Assembly: GCF_964204645.1 (NCBI RefSeq)
Contig: NC_134026.1
Span: 15,596,150 to 15,660,149 of the forward strand
DNA: 64,000 nt
From: Tubulanus polymorphus
Lineage: Eukaryota; Animalia; Nemertea
Direction of reading: 5' to 3'
This document shows positions 24,323-37,279 of the stretch, piece by piece. The notes under the pieces were generated by a model, which was given only the letters and a program-made list of their open reading frames with translations, searched no databases and was not told the DNA's origin. Within the stretch, counting starts at the first letter, position 1, and every line of letters begins with the position of its first letter. Position numbers and translations under genes: made by a program.

Positions 24323-27160
24323 ATGTGTCTTGGTAATGCAGATTTTTTAAAAAAATTTGTTAGTCATGCGAATGATCAAGATTTATACCTGCATAGTATA
24401 ATAGATGATCAATTGTCATTTGATAATGAACGATGTCCCTATGTTGAACTTAATGAACTTGGTAGCAAATTTAAGATTAATCCATCAAACTTAAATGTCC
24501 TACAAATCAATATTCATAGTCTTACGTGTAAATTACAAGAACTGAAAGTAATTATCGATAATTTAGCGAAGCAAATTATAATTCTAGATATCATCATGAT
24601 CTGTGAAACCTTCATAAATGACAAAAATGCTTTATTATGTAAAATCCCTGGATATCAACTTGTTGAAAACCATAGGCTCAATACTACTGGTGGGGGTGTT
24701 GCTATATATATTAATAATAATATAAATTTTATAAATAGACCTGACCTTGATATTTTTCAGGAAGGTAAATTTGAATCATGTTTTGTCGAATTGAATTTGA
24801 ATCGTAATCTAAGTAAGAAAATAATTGTTGGAGAAATTTATCGAGTTCCAGGCAATAGTGAAATTGATTTCCTAGACAATTATGAAAACCTAATCTCGAA
24901 ACTAAATGAAGAAAAATCTGAAGTAATTCTTGGAATGGACCAAAATTTAGATTACATTAAGATAAATACACATAAAAATACCTCAAAATTTCTAGATATG
25001 AACCTGGCAAATAACCTATGTCCAACAATACTGCGGCCAACAAGAGTTACGCACACAACTGCAACGCTTATCGATAATGTTTATTTATCTCAGAGGTTGG
25101 AAACTAAACACAGTAGTGCTATTATATTGACTCATATATCAGATCACTTACCTTGCTTTGTCACTATAGAGTGTAAAAAATCACAATCATCAAAGGAAGA
25201 ATATTTTTCAAGAAATCTGAATAATAGTAATATTGAACGGATGAATAAAAAGCTTTCTGATTTAGACTGGTCTCATGTAGAAAGGCTTAATTGCAATGAT
25301 TGCTATGATTTCATCACAGCTAAGATTACAGCAGTGGTAAACGACGTTTCCCCAGAATTTAAAACTAATAGGAAAAGAAAATTAATTGAACCATGGATGA
25401 CAAAATCTATTCTGAAATCTTCTACGAAAGCTGATAAAATGTTTAAAAAAGTCATGGAACTAGATAAATCGGATGAACGATACAGAAAATACAAACTTTA
25501 CCGTAACCAGCTAAATTATTTAAAAAGACACCAGAAACTGAAATTTTATACTCAGAAAATAGCTACATACAGTAAAGATAGCCGAAAACTATGGTCTACC
25601 ATTCGTGAATTAATTGGGAAATCCAATGACAAAACTTCCACCACCAATATTTTTGTTATCGATGGCAAAGAAACTAGTGACAAATTTACAATAAGTAAAG
25701 GTTTCAATAAATTTTTCTCAACTATTGGTAAAAATTATGCGGAAAAAGTTCCTAAATCTAGGAATGATTTCACCAAGTATCTTCCTAAAAAAAATGAAAA
25801 TGTTATATTTCTTTGTCATACAAACAGTGAAGAGATATATACAATAATTAATAACTTATCACCTAAAAACAGCTGTGGCGGGGACGATAATTTAAGTAAT
25901 AAGTTATTAAAACAAATTGTAATGAGCATTATTGGACCCCTCACTATTCTTTTCAATAAATCACTCCAGGAAGGCGTATTTCCTGATAACATGAAAATAG
26001 CTAAAGTAACTCCCTTATTCAAAAATGGGAACAAAAAAATATTAACAAATTATTGACCTATATCATTACTCCCTGTTTTATCTAAGGTCCTTGAAAAACT
26101 TGTTCACTCACGACTCTATAGTTTCCTAACAAAATATGGTATCCTAAATCCTAGCCAATATGGCTTTAGGCCATCGCATTCTACAACGCATGCTATAACA
26201 GAATTTATAGGAAATCTAATTATAAATTTAGAAAAAAAACAGAAATCATTGGGTCTTTTTTTAGATCTATCTAAAGCTTTTGATTCTATTAGTATTGATA
26301 CTCTTTTAGTAAAACTAGATCATTATGGTATTAGAGGTCATGCCTACACTTGGTTTAAAAGTTAATTTAAAGATCTAAAAATTTTTACTAAATTTAATCA
26401 AACAAGTTCGAATCAGGATGATATATCGTATGGAATACCTCAAGGTTCGGTGCTAGGCCCTCTTCTTTTCCTGATTTATGTAAATGATCTGAACAACAAT
26501 TTAACCTTTACACAGGCGATTTCTTTTGCGGATGACACAAACCTGTTGATTACTAACAAAGACATTAATTGTCTGATCGAAGGCTTCAGAAAAGATGGTA
26601 CGACTGTAATTGATTGGTTTCACTCTAATAAGCTAACTTTAAATATAGATAAAACTAAATGCATACTTTTTATGCCAAAGAAAGAAACAATACAAAAGGA
26701 GCATATCAATATCCCTTTTGGATCTGAAGCGTTAAAACTATCTGTAATTTGTAAATTTTTAGGATTACAGATTGATGAAAACCTTACCTGGGAGCCACAT
26801 GTTAAACAACTATATTCTACCTAGTTTGAGTAAAAAACTTATTTACAATAGTTATATACATAGCCATCTTGTGTATGCCCTTATTGTATGGGGACCTATG
26901 CTAACAGTCAAACAATCTAACTCTATTTTCAAAATTCAAAAGAGAGCGGTTAGACTAATTAATAATTCTATAATGCACCAACAGGGCCAATATTAAAGAA
27001 ATATAGTATATTGAAATTCCAAGACCTTATAGAATTAGATCTACTGAAATTTGGATTCTGTCATCTTCATAAATTGCTTCCACAGCGAGTACTAAACCTT
27101 TTCAACATAAATGCTGAATTCCACAATTACAATACCCGTAGTCGCAATTTTACAAGAGTT
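24323..27160 (+). pseudogene. LINE ORF2 (APE endonuclease plus RT) with stops and frameshifts
   Basis: NIHSL, ICETF, GGGVAIYI, TLIDNVY, ISDHLP, NY*PISLL, FLDLSKAFD, PQGSVLGPLLFLIYVND, FADDT, HNYNTR. Confidence 0.92.
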
Positions 27161-27162
27161 AA

Positions 27163-27385
27163 TGGTTAAACTAAAGAACTTTGGTTTATATCAACCATGA
27201 GTATGGCCTGCAAATTCTAACCTTGGGGGGGACAAAATATTCATTCTAAAAATTGTATTACTTAATTTTTGGATCTAGAGCCTGGAGGTATTTTGGACAC
27301 ATATGAGGGTATTCTGGGTGGAGGGATTCTGGGTGTGGGATATTTGGGTGGAGGTATTTTGGGCGGTGGTATTATGACCCGGGAT
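27163..27385. mobile_element. MULE right terminus (partner of the 11203 terminus)
   Basis: Similar to 28045-28306; subterminal ATT(C/T)TGGG(T/C)G repeats inverted relative to 11203-11310. Confidence 0.75.
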
Positions 27386-28308
27386 ACGCCCATAATACCT
27401 CCGCCCAAAATACCTCCGTCCAAAATCCGACACCCAGAATCCCTCCACCCAGAATACCCTCATATGTGTCCAAAATACCTCGACCCAGAATTTAAAAAAA
27501 TAATATAATTCTTTTATTTAGATTATTTAGATTTAAAAGTACCACCAATATTGACTATTATACATGTATAGGATCATATATAATGTACCACGGTATATAT
27601 AAACCTATACTGAATAATAATTGAATAACAATTAGTGACAATGTTCACTTGCAATTAGTTATGGCTGGGAACATTAATTGGTTTATCTCATGTCTTTAAT
27701 CTAATACTAGATTTCTCTGGAAACAATTCAATATCTAGATTATAGAATATTAATTAGTCCTATAATCTAAGAAAACAATGTACTACATTTCGGTATACAG
27801 ATTGAATTCAGTACATTTCCATTTAACTATATTGACTCATTCACGTGATGAAGCTTCTATTCATTAGAAGCCAAAGCTCGTGCGTCAAATAAACTGTTAA
27901 CCTATACAGCAATACTCGTCTCGTTAATTATTTTAAACCTGGTTAACACGGCTACTCTACGAATATTCCCATTTAACTGCAACATTGATCTTCGAACAAT
28001 ACACTGAAATTAACATTATACTCTGTTTTGCCCAAGTAACTACTTTTAAACTATAGAACTTTGGTTTATTTGAGTATGGCCTGTAAATTCAAACTTGGGG
28101 GGGGGGGACAAAATATTCATTCTAAAAAATTATGTTTCAAATAGGTTCTAACTTTTGTCCTTCAGGCATTAACCCATTAGATCTAGGGCCTGGAGGTATT
28201 TTGAACACATATGTGGGTATTCTGGGTGTAGGGATTCTGGGTGTGGGATATTTGGGTGTGGGATATTTGGGTGGATGTATTTTGGGCGGAGGTATCATAA
28301 CCCGGATT
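27381..28308. mobile_element. Non-autonomous MULE derivative with both complex termini
   Basis: Left ~290 bp match 11203-11485; right end GGTATCATAACCCGGATTC with inverted subterminal repeats. Confidence 0.8.
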
Positions 28309-28309
28309 C

Positions 28310-29701
28310 GTTCTTGAAAATCACCAAGGGATTATTGAATATTTGGGGATTTTTACCCAGGGTATGTTTACCATGTTTACCTAGGGTTTAGATTTTTTAG
28401 ATTTCTATTAGGAAATGTTTACCAGGGGGATCTTTTTTAAACGGATGAAGGTATTTTGAGGGAGATATTCTGGACATGGGATTTTTAATTGTCATATCTA
28501 GCTACGGTAGATACTTTTCTCATGGATTATTCGCTACGATACTTATTTCATATCACACAAAGCCGCATATAGGCTAGAATTCATACTGTTAGCAAAAATC
28601 ACGAAGAATCGCAATTTGCTCATTTTGTTATAGTTTTGCAATCGTCAAATTTTATTGCAGAGATTCCCCGATATTTCACGAGTAATGAAACAGATATCAC
28701 GTTTAACGTAGATTTTTCCTTTATTTTGAAATCCATAGAGCAAACATTTATAGGAACCTAATGTTATTGAACATAAAGCTCCCGACCCTCCCTGCATTTA
28801 TACATCGAGAAATCCAACTCGACTATAATAGGCTTTTTAGCATGGTGTAACATAGCTTGTGCAACAGGACGTCACTCAATTATTACGTTAATCGTGAGGT
28901 GTTTATACATAATAGTTTCATGGGCAATTCATATGGTGGGATCATAATCGGGAAAGATCTACCTTAGACACTTTATCGCTTAAAGGAGTTTGAGCTTCTT
29001 GATAAAATTCCCCAAAATAATTCAAAATCGCCCTATCCAATATCTAAAGGCCATTCAAAGCAATATATTTTGTCAATTCTTTTTGAATTTTTTCATAATA
29101 AATAAATAACACATTCTTAATAGTAATGATTTTATTATTAGGAATCTGATCTAATATATTTCTAGTTGTAAAACGTAGCTGTCGGATTTACGAGCAATTA
29201 TCTCATTAATGAGATGATTGCTCGTAAAACAATGATTTCATCAATATAATTAATATAAGCTCAGGTTTTTAGCGTTTAGTGGTTTGGAAGAACATTCCTC
29301 CCAAAGTCAATTGTTAGAATATCGGACCCCTTGGTCAGGTTTCCATCGATTGACTTTGGGAGGAATTCCTCCCAAGGTCAATTTTCACAATAGCGGTCCT
29401 CTTAATTGGTGACACTTTAAGAACGAGCGGCTCAGATTTCTATTGTGCGCCTATCGCTCGCTGCGCGTGAATCACTTACGTAATCTTTTCTGTAAATGTG
29501 AAGACTTCGTGGGCATTTTGTCCTCTAAAGCCCGACATTATCCCACATTCCGGACTGTTAATAGGTTGATTTTAAGGCCGAGTCGACAAATCTTAACAAT
29601 TTTCAACCGTTCATTTATGAATATTTGAGGACTTATGAACTAAAAATTAGTTCAATTTTTGAAACATTTTGAGAAAGTCACAAAACATTTGAGACTGCGT
29701 T
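28310..29701 (-). repeat. Inverted partial copy of TIR element X including one terminus (matches 37485-38370 and 35711-36300)
   Basis: Reverse-complement similarity; ends ...TTTGAGACTGCGTT like the element terminus. Confidence 0.88.
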
Positions 29702-29769
29702 GACAGTGGTTCTGAACTCAATGAAATAAACCGTTACAATAATGATCTCTAGAAGTCTCAGGAATCTTC

Positions 29770-32433
29770 AGGAACAGCCCGGAGGTTAAAAAAGTCAACG
29801 GCACGCCTTATCTGCGATTAACCGTTTGCGCTCTACGGGCTCGAAAATGGGAACTTTTTCAATGAGATTTTTGCTCCTAGCTCCTTAACCGTTGGAGATA
29901 GAATCGTGCTTGCAACGAGTCAGCAGTAGCCCTTGACAAGACGCTTGTATTGATGTATGGTATTACTATGTAATTCATATGGTTCTCCAAAAGCGCCACC
30001 TATAAGACGCTGGAATACGCATTTTCATCTATATCGACTAAGGGTATCAATGGATTTCTTTAAAAATTAATACACATGTACCTTGAAAGATCGATTTCAG
30101 CATCCATTTTTCGCATGTAATGCGGTCTGTTTATTATGAAAATCACAAAACTTGGTAAAAGTACAAAGACATGTGTGTAATATGCTATCCTGCATGATTA
30201 GTTCATACAACTGCCACCTTGGGACTGTGAAAACAACGATTTTTGCTCCTAGGTCCTTAACCGTTGGCGATAGAATCGAGGTTGCAATGTGTGGTTAGTA
30301 GCCCTTTTCAAGATACTTGTATTTATGTATGGTTTAAGTAGGTAACTTATATGGTTCTCCAGGAGCGCCACCTACATTTTGCTGGAAATACATTTTCATT
30401 GATAGCTACTTAGCGGATAAAGGGATTTCTATGAAAATTGATATACATGTACCTGGATATAAGATACAACGAATCCCTGACATAATTAGTTCCTATCCCC
30501 TAAACACTAGGGGGCGTTAATGTTGAAAACTCATTCTAGCATAAGTTTTTTCGATTGCAATTAAATAGTATGCTAACCGGCAAATTACCGGCCACTTGGG
30601 CATGGTAAAAGTACCGTATCTTCGTTATTCTCGGTGTCATTTCCCCTAACCTTGGTACATTAGACCTTTTCGTGTAGTAGCCCATGTGGATCAACATAGC
30701 CATGATATTAGCTGACCCCTAGGTGGCGCTCCTTATCCAGCAAGGCAGAAACCCGTTATCGCTGCTTTGCAGCTATATTTATTATTATATTCTTTTTCAC
30801 ACTGGATCTTACTGAAAGGATGTAAACAACTGCAACTTACTTTCACTGTTGGTGAAACCATTCTGTATCACAAGTACTACGCTGCATTGACAAATACTGT
30901 ACGTGATATTAATCAGAATTGCACTGTTTACTCACTGTGAGCCTCTAAACATCGAAATTTAAGCCCGATTCAAACAGTTTCCATCTACGTATGTGTATTG
31001 CCTGCGTGTCTTATTCCCACAGCGCCTCCTAAATGCGTGTGTTTTTGTGTGTCCTTATATTGATAGAGCTGTGTTGTTCTAGATCTGTAGTAAACACGTA
31101 AGCAGTAGTGATATTTTTATCTCTTCTTTCTACGAATCGATTGTTGAATTAGGACATTGCTCGACTGAACGCAACTGAGGAATTTTTATGGCCTAGTTTG
31201 TGCTGCATACACAAGTTAGAGATCATCACATATTGCTTCGAATTCGGCAACACAAGTTAGAGCATCATATATAGGCTTTAATACTTCGAATTCCGCTAGT
31301 AACAAGAATATTGCTCAACGGATTTACTTGAAACTTACGTGAGATGTTCGGAACTCAGGTACCTTGAGGTAAGTCTCAGGAATCTTTGATTGGGGGTCCC
31401 CCGTTCATCCACCAGGGGTGTTTTACTTTTGAAAATTCTGACATCGAAAATGTACTGTGTGAGAAAAAGTCTTGTCTTTGACTTTTAAGCTTCGGGCGAG
31501 CACAAAAATTGTTCATAACTGCCCGGAGGTTAAAAAATTCAGTGGCACGCCCTATCGATTAACCGTTTGGGCTCTACAGGCTCGAAAATGGGCCCCCCCC
31601 CCCAAATTTTTTAATGTGATTTTTGCTCCTCGCTCCTTTTCATCTATATCGACTAAGAGTATCAATGGATTTCTATAAAAATTCATACACATGTACCTGG
31701 TTACTAAATGCAACGAACCCCTCACATTATTAGTTCCTATTTTAACCACCAGGGGACGTAATTTTTGAAAAATCGATTTCAGCATCAATTTTTCGCATAT
31801 AATGCGGTCTGTTTATTATGAAAATCACAAAACTTGGTATAAGTACAAAGACATGTGTGTAATATGCAACGATTTTTGCTCCTATGTCCTTAACCGTTGG
31901 CGATAGAATCGAGGTTGCGATGTGTGGTTAGTAGCCCTTTACGAAACACTTATATGGATGTATGGTTTAAGTAGGCACCTACAAATCTTTGGAAATGCAT
32001 TTTCATTGATATCTACTAAGCGAATTAAGTGATTTCTATGAAAATTGATACACATGTACTTGGATGTAAGTTTCAACGAACCCCCACACGATTAGTTCCT
32101 AGTCTAATCGTTAGGGGCGTAAATCTTGAAAAGTCATTCTAGCATCCGTTTTTCGCGTGTAATTCTGCCATTTTATTATAGATATCACAAAACCTGGTGT
32201 CAGTACATGTACATAGGTACTAGGCTAACCAACATATCCATGATATGGGCTGACCAATGATACAGGCTGACCCCTAGGTGGCGCTTATTCACATATAGTG
32301 GTACGTAATGGACTGATTTCAGTGAAATCTGTTGCAACCTTCCTAGTACGACATTTAACCCAGGAAGGCAGAAACCCGTTATCGCTGCTTTGCAGCTACA
32401 TTTATTATTAGGGTTTCTGCTGCCTTATTACTA

Positions 32434-32528
<95 letters not shown>

Positions 32529-33570
32529 ACGCTGCATTGACAAATACTGTACGTAATACTGTACGTGATATTAATCAGAATTGCACTGTTTACTCACTTT
32601 GAGCCTCTAAACATCGAAATTTAAGCCTGATTCAAACAGTATCCATCTACGTACGTGTATTGCATACGTGTCATTCCCACAGCGCGTCAGTATGTGTGTT
32701 TGTGTCAGTGTCCCTATAAGCAGTGATAGAGCGTTCGTACTAGATCTGTAGTTTTTTTAGTATCTTTATATATATGTGGCGCACTGAATGGGGTCAGTCT
32801 CGAGTGACCGCAACTGAGGAATTTTTGTGCCACATATACAAGCAATAACATCCTCGCAGTAACTTCCCTGGATAGAGCTAATGAATGCAGCTACGGTATC
32901 TATACGCGAGATCCTGGATGGCTATATTCTGTTAGCATTACAATATTCCTTGACGGATTTACTTGAAACTTTCGTGAGATGTACGGATCACAGGTACCTT
33001 GAGGTAAGTCGAAGGGATCTTTGATTGGCGTCCCCGTTCACCAACCAGGGGGCGTTTTACTTTTGAAAATTCTGACATCGAAAAGTTACTGTGTGAGAAC
33101 ATTTTTTGTCTTTGAGTTTTCAGCTTCGGCCGAGCACGAAAGTTGTTCATAACAGCCTGGAGGCTAAAAAAGTCAATGGCACGCCCTATCTGCGATTAAC
33201 CGTTTGGGCTCTACGGGCTCGAAAATGGGCCACAAAATTTTTCAAAGAGATTTTTGCTCCTAGCTCCTTAACCAGTGGAGATAGAATCGTGGTTGCAATG
33301 AGTGATCAGTTGCCCTTGCCAAGACGCTTGTATTGATGTATGGTATAACTATGTAGCTCATATGGTTCGCCAGTAGCGCCACCTACAAGACGCTGGAATA
33401 CGCATTTTCATCTATATCGACTAAGGGTATCAATGGATTTCTATAAAAATTGATACACATGTACCTGGTTACTAAACGAAACGAACCCCTTACATGATTA
33501 GTTCCCATTTTAACCACTAGGGGGCGTAAATTTTGAAAAATCGATTTCAGAATCCATTTTTCGCATTTAA
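29770..33570 (+). repeat. Helentron-associated (HINE/DINE-1-like) tandem array, left block
   Basis: Units end in GCAGAAACCCG-TTATC-GCTGCTTTGCAGC-TATATTT (subTIR plus hairpin) at ~30780 and ~32403; internal ~350-400-bp subrepeats. Confidence 0.7.
32434..32528. repeat. (CTG)n microsatellite
   Basis: About 31 near-perfect CTG units. Confidence 0.97.
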
Positions 33571-34077
33571 CCCCTTGATCGCCTGTACCGATATAGTCGG
33601 TATCACCGTTTCTCCCCGGAATGTCGGTACCGATATTGTCGGTATTTATGTATATGGGATTCGACCTGCCTTTGCAAGGTCTACTGTGTATCGAATAACA
33701 TTACGCATATATAGGTACCGTAGTAAACATTCACGTACTTGAAATGGAAGCAATTTCATGAATTTGCTGGTGTTTTGATGACAAGGGATACAATCTATGT
33801 GTATGAGTGAGATTCTCATGGCTAATCGTAGACCTAAACGGTATGATCTTGCAGCTGTTGTTGATCAAATAAACGATGATGATTTTAGTTATTCAAGCGG
33901 AAATGAAAGTGAAAATGCCAATTTCCATGATGGCAGTGATCAGGATGTTGTCAGTGACAGTGATAATACTGATGATGGGGCCTTACAGGATGCAGAAGAT
34001 GACGAATCTAGCGCCGTCGGTTTCTGCTATGGATTCGGATCATAGTGATGATAATGGCACTGCCAGCGAATCTGAAG

Positions 34078-34258
34078 GTATGTACACATCAACTCTCAAC
34101 ATAAATAATGTCAGTGTCACATTTCAGTGTGAATTATTGCTCGAGGCCTACTTTACGGTACCTATAATTTCTTTGTATTCCTCCGTGTTTTCGTTTTCGA
34201 GTACGGTCTTGAAGTTATAGGCAAAATTCTCATGAATTTCTGGTTATTTATTTTTCAG
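34078..34258 (+). other. Predicted spliceosomal intron in the piggyBac transposase
   Basis: GAAG|GTATGT donor and TTATTTTTCAG| acceptor; the phase-1 join (G+GA) links acidic exon 1 in frame to the transposase. Confidence 0.7.
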
Positions 34259-34394
34259 GAGCTGTAAGCCTACCTAGTAGTCAAGATTCTGATGACGACA
34301 ATGGAGCTAGCGATAGATCAGCTGTTCGTGGTAATATCGGTGGAGACCATGGACGAGGCGGACGCGGACGAGCACGTGGTGGACGCATCGTTGC

Positions 34395-34500
34395 TCGTGG
34401 TCGTGGCCAAGCTCGAGGCCGTGGTCGTGGCCAAGCTCGAGACCGTGGTCGTGGCCAAGCTCGAGGCCATGGTCGTGGCCAAGCTCGAGGCCGTGGTGGA
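34395..34500 (+). repeat. 24-bp coding tandem repeat (RGRGQARG) x ~4
   Basis: cgtggtcgtggccaagctcgaggc units, in frame with ORF 34666. Confidence 0.9.
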
Positions 34501-37020
34501 CATGCTCGTGGTGTAGCTGGTGTTCGAGGAAGAAATCGTCATCAACCTCATCAACCACCGCTAATAGAATGGAAAAGAGACCCACAGGTAACTCACTCGT
34601 TTCCATTTAGAGGACAACATGGTCCAAATTTCCGATTACCAAATGATGCTACAGAATGGGATTTTTTGAAACTGTTCCTTACCGATGAACTAATTGATAT
34701 TGTGGTGAGAGAAACAAATCGGTATGGAAATGAGAGAAAAATAACCACGCCTGCTAATAAAAAATATGCACGTATGCATATGTGGAAACCGATTGATCGT
34801 GAGACTATGTGGCGCTTTTTGACAATGGTAATAATGTTTGGATTGGTAGAAAAACCAGTAGTTGATTCATATTGGTCAACAGACAGTCTTCTGGAAACAC
34901 CAGGATTTGGGCAAATTATGAGTAGGAATCGCACACAAATCTTGTGTGCGATACATTTTCAGAATAATAATATTCCACGACCAGAGGGTGAGCGTGCATG
35001 GAAGATCAAACCGTTTTTTTATTATCTTACTGCCCGTTTCACACGCATGTACACCCCTGAACAGTGTGTGTCAATAGATGAAGCTCTTTTGCTATGGAAG
35101 GGCAGGCTGATATTCAAGCAGTACATACCCAAAAAGCGATCACGTTTCGGACTAAAGTCGTATGAGCTGTGCGAAAGTAGCACTGGGTACTGTTGGAAAT
35201 ACAGGTTATATACCGGACAAGATCACATTGCAAATCAAGCGTCTGTGCATGGTGTTTCTTATGATGTTGTCATGGATTTGATGGATGGTTTGCTTGATCA
35301 GGGATACAAATTGACGGTAGATAATTTCTACACGAGCCCTGTTCTTTTTCTGGAGTTATATCAACGTGCGACTCATGCTATCGGTACTGTTCGGTTTGAT
35401 CGAAAACACATGCCCAAAGATCTGACGTATCGTTATGATGCTAATGGGGTACAAATTCCCTTGGTGAAAGGAGACATTACACATAGAAGCTCAGACAAAC
35501 TGTTAGCACTCTGTTGGTTAGACAAAAAGTATGATTCAATGTTATCTAACTATCATGATGAACATATCGTTGATACTGGGAAAGTCAACCGCACCACTCA
35601 AGAGCCAATACGCAAGCCACATGTAATTGTCGAATACAATCATCAAATGGGAGGCGTAGATCTCAAGGAACAAATGCTTGAAGCTTATGCTATGCATCGT
35701 AAAACAATCAAACGCAGTCTCAAATGTTTTGTGACTTTCTCAAAATGTATCAAAAATTTAACTAATTTTTAGTTCATAAGTCCTCAAATATTCATAAATG
35801 AACAGTTAAAAATTGTTGAAACATGTCGACTCTGCCGTAAAATCAACCTATTAACAGTCCGGAATTTGGGATAATATTGGGCTTTAGAGAACATAATGCC
35901 CCCGAGGTCTTCACATTTACAGAACATATTACGTAAGTGATTCACGCGCAGCGCGCGATAGGAGCACAATAGAAATCTGAGCCGCGCGTTCTTTGAGTGT
36001 CACCAATTAAGAGGACCGCTATTGTGAAAATTGACTGCGGGAGGAATATTCCTCCCAATGTCAATCGATGGAAACTTGACCATGTGGTCCGATATTTTAA
36101 CAATTGACTTTGGGAGGAATATTCCTCCCAAGGTCAAACGAAGAGAATTTGACCTTCAGGTCTGATATTCAAAGTATCGACTTCGGGAGGAATGTTCCTC
36201 CGAATGTCAAACGAAGGAAACTGGACCTGGTCTGTTATTCGAAATATAGACTTTGGGATGAATGTTCTTCCAAACCACTAAACGCTTAAACCTGAGCTTT
36301 TAGAATGATAGGTATATATATATTAATTATATTGGTGTAATAATTGTTTTAATAAGTAGTATACTATAGCGACGACATCAGACATATTTAGGCAATTTGA
36401 GTGATAATGTACACGGTATTTGAGGGTCTGCGACGAATGATTTATAGAAAGTTGAATAGCTGTAGTGCAGGTTCTAATAATAAGCCTAATATAGTCTTCA
36501 CATCGCAATCAGTTGTTAGAATGCATCTTCCTTTTTCTTTACTTGATCTTGAGTCTTTGACTATAATTAACTATAATCAATATTACTTATTTCATTATAT
36601 AGCGCACTGCTGCAAATTGTAATCAGTGTGCTTTGCATGAGTATAAAATCAACACAAGCTGAAAGAATCGAAATCAAGTTAAAAGGTGTAGGGACGGAGA
36701 GATCTGGCGAAAAAAAAAACAGTAATGAGCGCAAAATGGACCCGTGCCTAATCGCCCGACCAAAAACTACGGACCAGACCTGAGTCAAATTAAGCGTGTT
36801 GATTTAAACTGGTTCTGGAAGTCAGTCACTTCGCTTGGTTTAAGTATGGACTCGTTTTAGATTCCATGGTTTAAGCATTGTTTAGTAACGAATGAATGTG
36901 TTTGAATTTGAATGTGAAATGAATTTGAACATGAAAATCTGCGCGCTCTTTGGTAAGCCATGCGTAAAATTTAAGTCGGACCTGATTCGAGCCAATTTAG
37001 CCCCGACAAATCGTCTCTAT

Positions 37021-37279
37021 AGCTGCGATCACACGTGTATTTTTGGCCAGGGCCAAATTTGGCCCGACCAAAAACGTCGGACCAGGCCCGAGCACCAGAC
37101 AAATGACTGCGTTTGAATTGCAACTAGCACCGTAAATGATCCACTTCGCTTTGTTTGAGCATTGTTTAGTATCGAGTGAATGGTTTGCGTGTGAACGCGC
37201 TCTCTAATTACCAAATTTGGCCCGAGCCTGATCGGTGCTAATTTGGCCCGGGCCAAATCGTCTCCGTGTGATCGCGGCT
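37021..37279. mobile_element. PIF/Harbinger-like MITE (older degenerate copy just upstream, ~36740-37020)
   Basis: TIR AGCTGCGATCACACG / CGTGTGATCGCGGCT flanked by TAT on both sides. Confidence 0.65.

Larger units (their letters stand above)
22895..27160 (+). mobile_element. Near full-length CR1-group (Crack/L2-like) LINE
   Basis: ORF1, inter-ORF spacer, ORF2 APE-RT; 3' end cut at ~27160 by a MULE terminus. Confidence 0.88.

Noticed and set aside
27269-28317. GGILG-repeat and PPKIP ORFs
   Set aside because: Translations of MULE subterminal repeats on either strand.
32390-32602. Poly-Cys ORF
   Set aside because: Translation of (CTG)n inside a repeat unit.
34292-34606. VVVAKLEA, HGLELGHD and SSLATTT repeat ORFs
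   Set aside because: Alternative frames of the 24-bp repeat; only the RG frame joins the transposase.
36030-36270. Regularly spaced palindromic repeats resembling a CRISPR array
   Set aside because: Eukaryotic TE context, no cas genes, spacers are related to each other and mirrored in the opposite TIR.
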